64,000 nucleotides of DNA from Basidiobolus meristosporus CBS 931.73 (GCA_002104905.1 MCFE01000155.1:1-64000), one strand, 5' to 3'. Shown: positions 1 through 13,691, numbered from the stretch's first letter. Numbers and translations: made by a program. Notes: a model not told the origin generated them from the letters alone.

Positions 1-31
1 ATCAGGGAGTGACAGCCAGGGGCTCAAAACC

Positions 32-396
32 TGCTGTAAGTGCTTTGGATATACTGGCAGAGCAGTGGAGATCCAGATGATCATATGGTTCTTGATCAAT
101 GACTATTAATCATATTGAATGTATGGTAATATGTTTATACATGGTCATGGCAAAACAAACACATGGAATATGCTTAGCCAGGTCACAAGAGCAGGTGTGC
201 AAAGTTTGGGGCTGTCTGGACAACCTTGAGAGATTTCATATTCTGGGTACCTTCCTTTGCTTATTCTATGACCTTGTTTTGCCAAGACCATGTACAAGAA
301 TGAATATTACTTCACATTCAACAAATCATCAATTGAAAACCATATAATATACTTGTTCTCCAAATAAATACCAATATCTCCAAAGCTCTTACACCA
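32..396. mobile_element. Degenerate copia-family LTR remnant with fold-back arrangement (forward LTR part 32-251, inverted LTR part 252-396); PBS/gag remnant at 1-31
   Basis: 1-251 aligns by eye to about 49580-49825 (gag start, GGGCTCATAACC-like PBS, TGTTGTAAG LTR start through GGTACC). 252-396 is the reverse complement of the first ~145 nt of the same LTR. Confidence 0.75.
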
Positions 397-3300
397 GGAT
401 CACTGATATTCTGCTGATCTTTGCAATATTGTCAAAATCATTTATATATCTAACTATATTCTCTAAAGGCTCATAGAGTAAGCCAAGACTTTTAGCTAGT
501 TGATTAACAAAATCCAGTACAAAGGTGGGACGCTGGTCAAACACGTAAGACCTGGAAACCCATATAGCCCTTGAGATGTCCTTAAATTCTGTACGAAATA
601 TAATCAAATAGTTTCATCATGAGTATATACATTTACAGTATACTGAGCAACACAACCGGTCATTTGTCATTTTGTTTGCAGTATTGCTCACTATCGCCGT
701 CCAATAGTCCATCATTTAACAAATACCAGGGGATTTTTGTAAATCTATATTGGGATTTTCATCAGCAGTCCAGAAGTAAATATCTATTAAACTATTTAGC
801 ACCAATGTTCCCAATATCCATTGCTATCCACTCGCCCTCCAGGCTTCCACCGTTACCTGCGTGGGCAGCCGCTCATCACAACACATATCCCACCGCATAC
901 TTTACTCATTGACTGCTAGTATATATTTAGAATAGAATTCTGTCTATATTCCAATATAAAGAGTTTACGAGCTTACCTAACAGGAAAACACTCCATATGG
1001 GATTTGTTGTAGCATAAACTTGTTCCTGCGAGACCTGATTTTCGCTTTGTGGATGCCATAACCCAATTTGCAAATCCTGGGATACTCCCAAAAATCCCAA
1101 TGATTAGTCAAGAGAGTAGCTAATCAATAATTAATTCTCCAATTTAGGTCTAAATCTCGTAGTGTAGGTGCGATTCTTCACACAAAATGCGGAGCACAAA
1201 TCCATGAATATCACGAATACAATACTAATTAGAATTGTGATTCCCCAACTCCGAGTAGATTGTTCTTCTGAACTAGGTGCCACACATGTTGAGCAACCAT
1301 CATGTCACTACGATCCGGTGCGTAACTTTGCAATACTCACATGTCTGCAATAGAAGAAATGAGCATTGAGTAAGGTTTGAAGTAAAAAGATAGAAGTAGT
1401 GAAGTAGCAAAGAGATAACGATGGCACTATGAGTTTAGGATCCTAAATATGGGCTCTAAGCTAATTCTATTTACCGCGATTGATATTTATTTGCCAGGGT
1501 ATGGACTTAGGTTCGCGGTGTTTACCTACATGTTCCGGGTTGAGTATGTGAAAGCTGCTTCGTTTGTGGTGATCCACCACCCAAGTTCCTGAATCTGTTG
1601 ATGACGAGCGTTTCTCCAATTAAAAACAATGTTCAGCGTGGTTGAGTAATAGATGAATGTGCCTCCAGCTCCGGAAGTGCATTGCTTCTCTTCAGCCGCC
1701 ACTACATACCTGATAGTACAAGTGTGATTAATTCATACATCCCAATTCATAGACCAAGCATTTTGGATGGCATGGTTGCCCACCTGCATGAATGAAATGC
1801 AACCCACCATTGGTCTGGCGCGATTGCATGCCGCTTACCAAACAGGCATATGGCGGATTCAAGTCCCGACCGCTAATGAGCCTGAGTTTGCACAGTTTCA
1901 TGGGCATTACACAAGCTCTGATTATACTAAGTGCATCTGGAACTAGGTACCATAAAAGAGATGAAGAATAGCACCCATGTTGGTGTGCAAGCCATCGCTA
2001 ATGATAGATAATCCCAATTTGGTTGCCGCATCTAATACGGTGTTGAGGTTACGCAGTCAAATCATGAAACCTAGCATGGGCACGGCTACTGCATTCGTCT
2101 CAAAATACTCGAAATGTTCACTCTCCACAAAACCACGGAGGATAATTCGTGCAGATTCGTGTTTATGGCGGGAAACGCCGAGTGCAACACCTGTTGAAGC
2201 TGCATTCTGATGCTGGATTTCACTTGATGATTGAGCAGCGCCTCTAATTAAATCCATGAAGAGTGGGGCCGGACGTTCAACTGGCCTCAGCAGCCAAAGA
2301 TCACAAGGCCCTCAAAACATCGGCCGCCCTTTTCCAGTGCGACAAGTGGGCGAGTACGCCTTCAAGAGTGCAAGTTTATGTCAAATTAAGTCGACTTGCT
2401 TGATTCGCGGGTGAATCTGACGGTATATGTGCCATATGCCAATCCGATTTCTGTCCGTCTTTGATTGTGTGACCCCAAAAGGCAATCGAGAAGAGAGTAG
2501 TATGATCCAGCAGGATATGCATAGGATCACCACATTAGCCATATCAAACCTCGATTCTCCAAGCAATCAAGCAGCACTTGGCTTCAACCCGATCCGTTCT
2601 TACCCCTTTTGGGCTCCCTTGTTGTGGACTAATGTTGTGCAAGTCACCTTTTTTACCTAGACGCATCAACTGTCTATCTATTTCATCTATGTATATAAGG
2701 GATCCTCCGATCATTGAACAAAGCACCCCCGTGGATAAGCCGCACAATACAAACACTGATGTGGATTCTTTTCTCAGAACTGCGTTTTACAGAACCAGAT
2801 TCTCCTTCACTTTGATTGCGATAAATATAGGCATTCCCAGATTCACCACCTCTGGGGGATGGAACACAATGGTTGTGAGGGCTTGCTATTGTTGTATTTC
2901 GATGCAAGTGATCCATTCAGGTTGGTCAGCGGCTTGTACTGATCTCTAATGCTCCCGCGGCCGCTTGCAGTCAACTCTTCCAATTCGACTCTCTTACATG
3001 CAGCCCACATCGCGCTTCGAGGGTTGTTCATTGGCCGGCAGAGAGGTTCGGGCGATACTCGGTACTTATGTAGGTCGGTTCTGCTCACATAGAATTCGTG
3101 ATGTGTGTGGTGGTTGCTCATTTGCCTTCGTGACGAAGTGTATCATCAGATCGTATTGATATGAGTGGTGTTGGCCTATATTTGAATCAATGCAATGATG
3201 TCAAGACGGTGCCACGTCGCTTTTTAGAGTGTCATTTTATTTACAGGTTGGGTGGATGGGATCCAATGAGACAGGCCGGTACAGAATACAAATTAATAAA

Positions 3301-3577
3301 ACTGGAGCAAGTGACTGTTACAAGCTCAAGATTCCCACTAGTGATCTTTTTTCCCCAACCCTAGATATTGACATCAGGTTTGATTCTAGTATTGCCGAGC
3401 TGTGTTCTGGGTTGAAAAACTCGATATTACGACGGTCGAGATAAGTGTTGCGAGGTTCGAAAAGTATATATTGGAAGGGTGTCCCCTAGGGATCGACTTC
3501 ACTGATTGAAGCAGACTTGCCGTTTGGATAGTGTATCTGGGAAATATCGCAGATTAGTTTTGTCAGATATTGTTCGA

Positions 3578-4984
3578 ATGGAAGCGTATGCCATCGTTTA
3601 TTATGTCCTGGGGAGTTTGTGGATCATCCAAGCGATCGTTGCTTGTGGGATAATTTGGAAAAGACAGAAGTATCCATGCATCCGCTATCGCTCGCCCCGG
3701 TTGACTCTCGCCGCGGCTACAGGGATCTGTATATTAGTTGCTTTGTCACTTGTTCGTGCTAGTAATCCCGAGCTAATCCCATGCGCGGTGGTTATATGGA
3801 TGACTGGAATCGTCTATCCACTAATATACCTGACAATTATCGGCAGATGTATCAAATTGTACTTTTTCTATCGAATCAGTGAAGCAAAGCTTGAGGATGC
3901 GTTGATAAAAATGGGCGGTCAATCTGGCCTGACGATGAAAAGGCCGGCCAAGTTCTCATTCAGTAAAAGAAGTAGTAGAGAGTCGGTAGAGCTTCGAAGT
4001 CTGACGCAGATGAATTCCGCAGAAGGGAATCAGATGAGCCCCATGAAGTACGAGAATTACTTGGAGAACGACTGGTATTATCAGCGGCGATACATTGCTA
4101 CCCCAAACTACATGACCACTTGGCTCTTGATCTTCTTATTGCTTCATAGTGCAGTCACTGCAATTGTCCATCTGTTTAGCGTCAGATTAAACCAGAGCCC
4201 AGCCCCCACGACGGACTGTTACGACGGCGTTGATTATATCCCTCGTCGAGCGTTCTGCGTGTTATACGGCATGATAATCATACCGCTGCTGGTCTATTTG
4301 ATGCGCAACGTCCAGGATGCCTACGGGATTCGGAGTGAGCTTGCTACTGCTACCCTGGTGAATGTTCTTTGTGACATCATTCTGTTGGTGTTTACCTCGT
4401 GGGGCAAATTACGGAATGCAATTGATCCTGACGTTTCCGGTCTGATCTGGACCATTGTTCCAATGGTTATAATACATATTTTGCTCGTAGTTGCCCCGCT
4501 AGTGGAGAGCCATCTGATTGATCTGCGCAAAGGGAAGCCGTTAAGCCACCCGATCATGAGAGGTAGATCCATTGTACTGGACAATACCCGAGAGTCGTTC
4601 GAATCGATGCTGCAAAACCCCAGCCTTATGGAGCAATTTAAAATGTATTCCGTATCGGACTTTACGGTGGAATGTGTACTCTTTTATGAGGCCTGTGCCA
4701 AAACCAAAAACCAAGAAAATTCTTCTCCAGAGGCACTCCAGGAGCAGTTCAAGGAGATCTACAATACCTTTATTGCTCCGAATTCCAGGTTTCAGGTAAA
4801 CTTGACTGATGACACTATACGTCAGATACGAATTCTGGCCAAATCTGACCGGTGGGATGGTACCATGTATCAACCAGCCATCCTGGAAGTCAAGGAGCTC
4901 ATGTTCCGAAACACATATCCAAGGTTCCTAGTGAGATATCGACGTGGCGATTCCCACTGGGACGACCTAATAGAAGGGGCTTAA
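3578..4984 (+). CDS. Seven-transmembrane protein fused to a C-terminal RGS domain (7TM-RGS), intronless
   Basis: Within the 492-aa ORF, likely ATG at 3578 (MEAYAIVYY). Seven hydrophobic stretches with AYGIRSEL before TM6, followed by an RGS-like domain (FESMLQNPSLMEQFKMYSVSDFTVECVLFY...IYNTFIAPNSRFQVNL...EVKELMFRNTYPRFL). Confidence 0.85.
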   Translation: MEAYAIVYYVLGSLWIIQAIVACGIIWKRQKYPCIRYRSPRLTLAAATGICILVALSLVRASNPELIPCAVVIWMTGIVYPLIYLTIIGRCIKLYFFYRISEAKLEDALIKMGGQSGLTMKRPAKFSFSKRSSRESVELRSLTQMNSAEGNQMSPMKYENYLENDWYYQRRYIATPNYMTTWLLIFLLLHSAVTAIVHLFSVRLNQSPAPTTDCYDGVDYIPRRAFCVLYGMIIIPLLVYLMRNVQDAYGIRSELATATLVNVLCDIILLVFTSWGKLRNAIDPDVSGLIWTIVPMVIIHILLVVAPLVESHLIDLRKGKPLSHPIMRGRSIVLDNTRESFESMLQNPSLMEQFKMYSVSDFTVECVLFYEACAKTKNQENSSPEALQEQFKEIYNTFIAPNSRFQVNLTDDTIRQIRILAKSDRWDGTMYQPAILEVKELMFRNTYPRFLVRYRRGDSHWDDLIEGA

Positions 4985-5560
4985 CTTCGCAGAGCTTCTC
5001 GTTCGTTGCCAGCAGCATTGATAATCACTTGTATTTTGCCAACCCTCTATGATATCTTTATGTTTGTATCAATTTTGACACTAATAAATATATTAACATA
5101 CCTTGAGCACCTATAGGCCCTTTTCGTGATGGATAATACGCTTTATTCCTGCAGAGTACCCTGACCTCTGATGTTTTGGAAAATACGCCACATTCGCACA
5201 TTCTAAGACGATGTTTATGCCGGCACAGCAAGCATTACATATGTATCACCTCTAGTTGAGTCATACGGATTCCCGTGATTCTGGTGAATTGAAGCACTGT
5301 TTCTCAAGTACAGACATAAGCCTCACTCTAAGTACATACGCTGATGCAACAGAAACTCTTTTTTAGCAAATCTTTTATTTCAACCCAGGCTAAGTTGTAT
5401 GGTTGGTATGTGTCAAATTGTCTACAATGGATTAGATATGCTACTACATCTCGGCAATAAATGGACCTGAAGCTCGAGGCCAGAAGGGTATCATGATTAA
5501 CATTAGGTGTACATATGAATAGGACAGGAGAAATGAATATATCAGATAAAAGTAACGGGA

Positions 5561-6863
5561 TCATTTCATAATCATCCTATCTTTTCTGATCCGATGCTTG
5601 GAGTCAAGGCAGACACTTGTGCAGTGCTATAGGAAGTGAGTGTTCTTCAGTGACAAGAGGACTACAATACATCTTATGCGCGATGCTTACCAAAACCACA
5701 AACAATATGCCCAAACAGGTTCCGGCTGCTATCATAAACATCATAATGATCTGAAATTTCACAGCATAATTCACCGGCACTCCACTCAAAATTTGACCGG
5801 TCATCAAGCCTACGCTTCGTTAGCTTTGAGTACAATAGATTTCAAAGAGATGCTAGCCTACCAGGAATAGATATCAGGCCCATAACACTGAATGAAAAAT
5901 CAGTACTACTACTCGGCAAGCCCATGATATAGCTGGTGATCAAACCTTAATGCGTTGATGGTAGGCAGAAATCCCAGTCTGATGGCCTCGACAACAATAG
6001 GATTCGCAGCCTCCCAACGAGTAGCGCCGAGGCTTAAATATAGCTCCACGCGGCATTTGTTTTCTCTAAAATCGATCAAGGGTAAAACCGTCAATACGAT
6101 AAACGAAAATCTTGTCTTTCACACGAAGCTTACGTGAAATGCTGAATGCAATGGTTGAGCGCGATGGCCATTCCCGGAATCGAGTTGCCTAGAACCGTTC
6201 CCAAGGTAGGAATAAACTCTGGTGGGTTCCAGAATGGCTTGTATTTAAGCGCAAACATCATGCCTAGAAGGTTTGTTAGAGTTCCTAGAAAGCAAAGGCA
6301 CGATTCCGGTATGGTACCAACCGAATATACTAACAACAGTGGTGCTAGCTAACATTGAGAAGAATATGGCTTGAAACTAAAGAAATTAAGAGGTCGAGGT
6401 TTAGGCGAGTTTTAGTGAAATGGGAATCACGAGACGTTACCATGCCAGTATACCGACGTCGACTTTGTTGATATACAGTCTCATAAGCACCAAGTATTAG
6501 GAATGCGACTAAACAAATAACCAGTTATCTTCTGTTGGACAAATTCTAGAATTGGTACAAAACTCACTGGTCATTAGGGCAACTATCCAGGGACTATTTG
6601 CGTCGAATATCAATCGAAGAAGTAGTCCCATCACAGTAAGCTGCACCATACAACGTATACTACTAACAATCAGGGAATAACTAAGCTTTAGTTGGAAAAG
6701 CTGCGAAAGTAACACTAAACGGCTAAATTAGTGAAAGTCTTTAGAATGCGGAGGCTAAGAAGGTACCATTGACAATGACAAAAGAGTATGCCCTGGCAAC
6801 ATGGGTCCAGGTTAGTGGCGTCGTTTCCTCGTAAGGAGCATTATATATGTCATCACTATTCAT
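5561..6863 (-). CDS. UPF0014 family (FetB/YbbM/STAR2-like) membrane protein, multi-exon
   Basis: Exon fragments PLTWTHVA, SIRCMVQLTVMGLLL, FIPTLGTVLGNS, VELYLSLGATRWEA, MMTGQILSG...AVKFQIIMMFMI and a final DSKHRIRKDRM match the family. GT-AG introns lie between them. Exact exon borders were inferred by eye. Confidence 0.85.
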
Positions 6864-9800
6864 GTTCAAATGGTAGAGTCAATTACTTGCGAATGAATAT
6901 ATGCCATTCATTCACAAAAACTAATATCCGCTCCTCCTGGTGGGTTGCTTTGGTGAGCACCTTGTTGAATATTAGATGCAAAATTAGAAGAAAAATCTTT
7001 TATAAAATAGAGGTCTGCGTAAAAATCATCAGATAATTGAGATGTCTTAATGGCACATCGATTAGGAAAATGGGATAAATACTTATTACTGCTGATCAAA
7101 TTAAACTCAAACAATGTGAAGCTGTAATGACTTCTTTCCTTTTCCAACCTCCTTCATTTCCAAAAGCGTACATGCAGAGATGTGAGTAGTCTTTACTCCA
7201 ATGGTGGATCTGCAACCTTTGCTGTAGCCATATATCCTATCATGGCCTAATGCTCTGATGATATTCTATAATGTTGATGGTACACATTTATGGATATGGA
7301 TTTGCAACCAATCGGAATCAATGTCCGTATTATTGTGATTTCCAAGGCCTCTTTTGGATCTATTGCAACGATTGTGGATTTTTATCTGATTTGACTACCA
7401 ATTTCGCCAGTAAGTATTGCAGCATCAAGATCAAAAATATTTATCCTGAACCCAATAGGGATTTGATTCGATATCCCTCATATCATAATGGATGTAGGGC
7501 AGTATGTTTTTGCAGCAAACTCCAAGCTACATTTCTCATCAGTACTAAGAGCATCTGAGAGTGTTGCCTTACATATCACATCAGCTAATCCCTAGTGGAA
7601 CACATGGGTGAATCAATACGCTGAAAGAAACAAACCTTGCAACCACAAGTCTACAGTAGAGAAAGCGTAAAGTTGCTGTAATCTCATTTAACTACCTATA
7701 TTGTGCCAAGATATATGAAGTCTGTATTTTACTTATATGTATACACAGAAGTAAAAGTTCTAATGGATCCTGTCAGAACACTATCTCACCAATAATCCCG
7801 CTTGGATCATATCTAGCTTGAGAAAAAGTGATGGCTAGGGACTGTATTTACCTATAATCATATTGAGGCGTACATGTACATTATTTCTGTACCAAGTATG
7901 AAGTCTGGCTGCTTGCATGACAGAAAACGTATATATACCACCATACACATGGAAAGTGTCACTGGACACTTGAAGGTGATTTGGAGTATTTAGAGGAGAA
8001 TGTAACTTTCAACTTCTTGACTTGCTGAGCTGAAATATTGTATTCATTCCCTAGTGTGTATCAACAATTATAGTAATATTTTGAGGAAGCTCCCAGAAAG
8101 CCGTTTGCAACATTAAGAATCTTTTGGATATGTTCTAGTATTTTTTCAGCGTTTGGCGTTTCACTATTTACAAGAATTAGCGAGTATAATATCCTCTAGC
8201 TCTAATAAGCATTGATTTCATAGCAATGAAAGAATACGTGTATAATTGCGTTCTATACTAATTACTTGCAGGGTGAAATAAGGTACTGTTTACAAACTCA
8301 GTACTGGACGGTGGGAGGTCTTGGAAGGTGTAGAAGCTGGGGTTTTCAGGATGGTTCTGAAGCCTTACTATCTTTGAACATTCTCACAGGACTGATAGAT
8401 AGCCGATAGCATTTTTAAGATCACTTGAACTTATAAATAGTTAGGAATAATACTGAAAGCTTTCAACAGCATCACCCAAATGTGCTTCCGAGCGTTGCAA
8501 GACTCTGGGTAGTATTGAGTGTAGTTAGGAGAACTAGATGATTTCATAATATTCACTTGGTTTGTTAGCTAGCAGGGATTACCCCAACTGGACTATTTGG
8601 TCTAGTTGTAATTGATTTACTTTAGCTTCATGAAGTCCAAATGAAATATCTGAAGTATGCCCTTCATGATGGTATTTTGTTTTTTCGAAATATTTGCAAA
8701 TACCTTATCTTATATTGCTCTCTGACAAATGTGTATAGCTTTCAACAATTTTATTTGAAACATTCAAGTGCCAATCCTACCAAAGATAAGGGCTACAAAG
8801 GGTGGCTTCACAAATACTCAGGATAAAACTTTAGGAACGAGTCCCCCATCTTTCTGCAGATATAATATAGGCGAGAGATTATTAGCAACATCAACTGAAC
8901 CTGAAAATATAATAAATGTAACACAACTGGTTCCTTCAAGACAGAATATTACTTACTTTCATAGGTCTCATATTTTCTGGATAGTTATCTTTTCACTGTC
9001 ACCTCTACTAAAGTTCTACTACTCGCAGACCTTGTACCGCTCCATGAAGAAATATATGTCTTGACTTTGTGATCATAGTAAGCACAGACAAAGTTTTTCC
9101 CAGTCTTTGTAGCATTTTCATAGTGAGATAAGTACTATGCGAGTTACCAACAATAGCAGCAATATAGGCGGTGGGTATACCAAATGGCCAGTAACAGCAG
9201 AATACAAAACAGGCCAAGTTTGGTCAAAACTATTGTCATATTTGGAGATCCAAACCTAGAGTTAGCAATAGCGCTACGGCCAGTACCAAACCAAGGTTTT
9301 ACCAATCGTTTGATAATTAGCATGGTTTTTTAGGTAGGGAGGATGAAGGAGGAAAAATAGTCAATGACTTGGGTAGGTTTATCTTTGTCTATTGTAATTT
9401 TCGATTCCTTTTGGATTTTCTGTTGATCACTTTCAATCTAAGCTAAGGCTTCTAAGATATCACAGTTGAATTTCTTATTTCGTGACCGCTGATTGCACAA
9501 ATCAGAGGCCTCCCCATCTTTTATTACGCCCTGCCTGTTCCTCCGAGATGCCCTTTATGAACATCTGTCCATTTGTTAAAAACATCTTGAATAAGAGCAA
9601 GATTCAAGTTTGATAACATTACTTTATCAACCAAAGAAGGATGTCTTCCTCTCTGTCATTAGATGTCACTGCTATGGTAGGGAATTTTGGATTAGGTATA
9701 CTAAGAATAGTTAACTCTTTATCTAGAATTCTTCTCAGTCCTGGTTTAAATATTGGTTCACCACCTGATACTTCTCAGATGCCACCTAGGCCATTACCCA

Positions 9801-12800
9801 ACCCTAGTACTACCCCCGTTCCTATTGTACAACCTGTTTTAATATGGATCGCAACCTTGGCAATTAGAGAGGCAAATTTATCAGGAGGAGAGTTTTCAAC
9901 TTCTAGGGATCCATTTCTCCATTATTTTACCATATGTACTATAATAATTATTATGGCAATCATATAAATAAATGAGTAGATGCTAGAAGAAAGATCATAT
10001 AGTTCCATGGTAGATTTATCTCTTTATAAAAGCCTAATCATGTTACCATTGACAATCCTCCAATAACACGACAAATTCTTACTATTGGATTCATATGAAA
10101 AGCATTTACTAATGAAGGTAGAGGTTACAACCGACTTTAGCTCCCTTAATAATCCTTTTAAGATAGGAGCCACCGCCCGACTTCGGACGTACCTCATTCC
10201 TCACTCGAGTATTATCCTGGTTATCAGGTGTGGAAGATACGCTAAACGATTGATAAGGCACCCCTACGAAAGGGATAACAATTACTCGCACCTTTGATGG
10301 TGCTTCTACATTAGTGATCGGCAATTAAGGTATAGTCCCCCGGTAAGGGTGGAGGAAATAAACTGCTCCCTCCTCCGGGGGGGGGGTAAATAAGCCCATC
10401 TCGCACCGCCATTGCAGGAGCACTAGGACATATCAGGTTCACCATCATATTCCTTCTGTAACTGATCACTGACAGCATCTGCTCTCAGTATGCAGTAGTC
10501 AAAACGCAGCGATAAAAGATGCTCGACTTCCTATGTTTAATAAAACACTCGGATACTAATACATGTGTGCTAACATCAAGATGTTTAGCGGCAGGAGGCA
10601 TGATTTGAGACTCAGGAAAAAATAATGGCATATGATAAATTACCAAAACAATTTCAAAAAATAAACATTCAGACACTTGTTGATTAGGATATGATATGAA
10701 ATAAACAAAGAAAGACGCTCATCCAGTAAAAGCCATCCCGGCCAAATCTCTACTAATTAACAAAGCTTCATACTGTGAGAAGAGCTTTGTAAAACTAATT
10801 ATAAGGATGTTACGAGAAATTTTCGAGGAAGTGATGTCCGAGGCTTGGAATCATGTGAACCAGTTTGAAAATTCTGAGAAATTACAGGGCTTCACTCAGC
10901 TAATATCTAATGAACTAAATCTTTAATTTGAACTTCGCTAATTTCTAAATTATGACTAGTCAACCTAATATATATGAACAATTTGGGTGTCAAACTGTAT
11001 AATTACAACAATAAGCCTACTCAAGCGATATTATGTAATGTGTGGGTGCAAGATTTAGCTTAAAGGTTGATATCAAAGGCCCAAGTAGGCGAGCTCATTT
11101 AAGGAGCTGCGTAAGTATGAGTTCTAGTGTTCACTAGGTAAGTATGGTGCATCACCCTCATTTCTTACGGCAGAAGACAAATAAATAGGGGTCAAGTGTA
11201 AATATTTAAAAGGTGGTAGCAGCAGCATGCTTGCTTCTTGGGGCGAGAAAATTGTATTCTAACTGTCGTTTACGTTTTGAGTTTCGAAATGAAAGTTACG
11301 TATTAATAATTTTTGTTGCGCAATGAGTGAAGCACAATTGCCAGAAACATAACTCCACGCACACATAGCTAAACATAGACATCAGCTTTAGACTCTAATA
11401 GACATGCTATCTTCCAAATATCCAATATGCTTATGAATAGAATATCGATCCCAGCAATAATCTGTTTAATTTATCTTTCCGTCGTAGCTTGATTTTTTGA
11501 ATGATACCGTGATCACTAGATCATTTAAAAAACTTACGAGTTAGACACCATATCTACGAAACGACCATCGGCAACATCTATCGTTTTAGTACTTCCCATC
11601 CCATCGCTAATCATCCGCAGTTTCTTCATAATATAGAGAGCGATATATTGTTTTTGAACAATGCGGTCACAGGTCAGTAAATATAAGTGAAGCTTAATTC
11701 ACAATAAGGAATATTTCACTTATGAGACCTATGTTCACGCCATACAATCAATTAGGCACAGTATATCTTCCGTCTTAGTGATACAATTCCGTCATCTTCA
11801 CCCAGCTTCCCCTAGGCGTGAAAGTATAAGTTGAAAGCTTTCAAGATTAGCATCAGGATAGTTCTAATTCTTCCTGTTAGTAATATACCCTGTATTGCTA
11901 CTGTGTATTCAAGGCCCTATTATATTACCGCAGGTACTCTAGTCTGTACCTCCGCCCATTCAGCTTATATGACGTAAAAAACAGTTTTTTACAATTTTGA
12001 TTTCTGGAGAGATTCAGATCAGATCCTGAAACATTTTTGAGAACGGTTTTACTCAATCAACTCGGGAAATTCCACATGATCGTATGTTTTCAATGGTGCA
12101 TCCAACAGTTTAATGGAGGAATAACATTATTTCAATGGTGTGTCACACAACGTTCGGATACGTGATCTTAACTTGATTGAAATGAGGTATCTATACTGGT
12201 GTTGGTAGACAGCTTTGTTTCAGCAGGGATGTTGGATAGAGTTATCATCATTATTATTATTGAATACATGGGCGGCAGTCACATGCTTAGGATTATGATA
12301 CAATCGAAAAGCCACACTGGTCAATCTTAATAGGTATTCAATCTCATGTTCTCCCAGTTTAGAATACAACTATGACTATTAAGGGACCTGAATCGATAAG
12401 TCGGATCAGGAAACAACATGTGCACGTTTCTCTCCTTGCCAAACCTTGCATTCACTTTAGCAACCAGTATTAATATACTGTATAGTAGACGCTGGCGTGA
12501 TGTTAAACTGTCGACATATGGGAGTGATCAGTCAAGGAATCTCACAAATCTATAAGCCATTATGATTTCAATCAATCACCGGCATCGTATACAGTCCGCT
12601 GACTTGACGTATCATCCGTGCATATCGAGCAACGCTCCCTATAGATCAACATACATACTCCATTCCGCAGAGTTTATTTCACATACTGTGTAATGCGGTC
12701 ATTCAGGCTATATTCAAAAATAAACCATGGTCACCACGGAAGCTGAACCTCGTTTGGTTGGGAATGAAAAAATTTACTGGGTTGTACTACATTCTGGTGC

Positions 12801-13691
12801 TTGACATGTTGCAGCAGTTGATTTTACCGATGGAAAAACACTTCTGGAATCGTAAGGAGGCAGCTGTTTTTCCGAAATCCGTGTTGAAGTTGACTGACTT
12901 CAATCAACGTTCGCTGACACGATTGAGCGGTGGTACAACCATGCGTCTGGTTTCGTGGGGACGAATGCGCACTAATTCTAACCGTCTCATAGTATAAGTA
13001 TAGTGAGCAAATAAAAGCTCAGGAGTGTTTCTTGAAGGGTCAACACTAGCAGGAAGCAGTTTAAAATTCAGATACTTGATTATCAGAACTCGGTCCTACT
13101 TAAACACATGTTCATGATACTAAAAGGGATGAAGGCCAACACATTATTAATTGGTGATCCGAACCAATATGATGCTCATGCTGTGAAGATCCCCAATCCC
13201 TGCGTAACACTAGTCTCCGCAGCTTTGTGGATAAAGCGAAATAATAGGTATTTGAGCTCTGATCGGAGCAATGTTCCAGTGGTGATGATTGCTATTTCAA
13301 ATAATAAGTAGTAGCTTCATATCGGTACTACATCTATTATGTCATTCCGTAGAGCGCTAAAATATATTTGATGGGCGGATTAACTTTTATTAGATTTTTC
13401 TTTGCCGCCACAGTGTTTACTAATTGTTCGCATATTTACCCAGCAGATCAGATGCTCATTTATATAAATGGGACCTGCAGTTTTATCCGTCCTGTCTATT
13501 TTAACAACACCCTTATCTGAAAACGGTATTCCTTCTCTTGGACTTTCAACTAGGCAGACCTTGTACATTATAGAGCTGTTGTCTGTATCTATCATCTTTT
13601 TTCAACTTTGGCTACACCACTTCCATAACTACTCTTACTATTGGCTTGTATATTTTTCAAGGATCCTTTCTTCTTTACTAGGGTCTTATAA

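Noticed and set aside
389-1350. Spliced minus-strand gene suggested by GTAAGC/GTAACG donor-like sites
   Set aside because: Joining the candidate exons gave stops in every frame tried, and no family was recognised.
1500-3150. Tc1/IS630-like transposase remnant (LIYIDE, KAYSP) or a small gene on the minus strand
   Set aside because: There are multiple stops, no consistent DDE spacing and no terminal inverted repeats that I could identify.
3506-3577. Longer N-terminus for the 7TM-RGS protein
   Set aside because: It starts at TTG with no supporting features; the ATG at 3578 directly precedes TM1.
9640-10330. Endogenous mitovirus RdRp (EAPSKVRVI, YDLSS) or tyrosine recombinase (FKIGAT...GRY) fragments
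   Set aside because: Motif spacing is wrong, and the GQPMG/GDD or other catalytic motifs are absent. The matches are too short to support a call.
12740-12980. LINE reverse-transcriptase motif (SQLQHGFRKNSC) on the minus strand
   Set aside because: The expected downstream DxxKAFD and YADD motifs could not be found in any frame.
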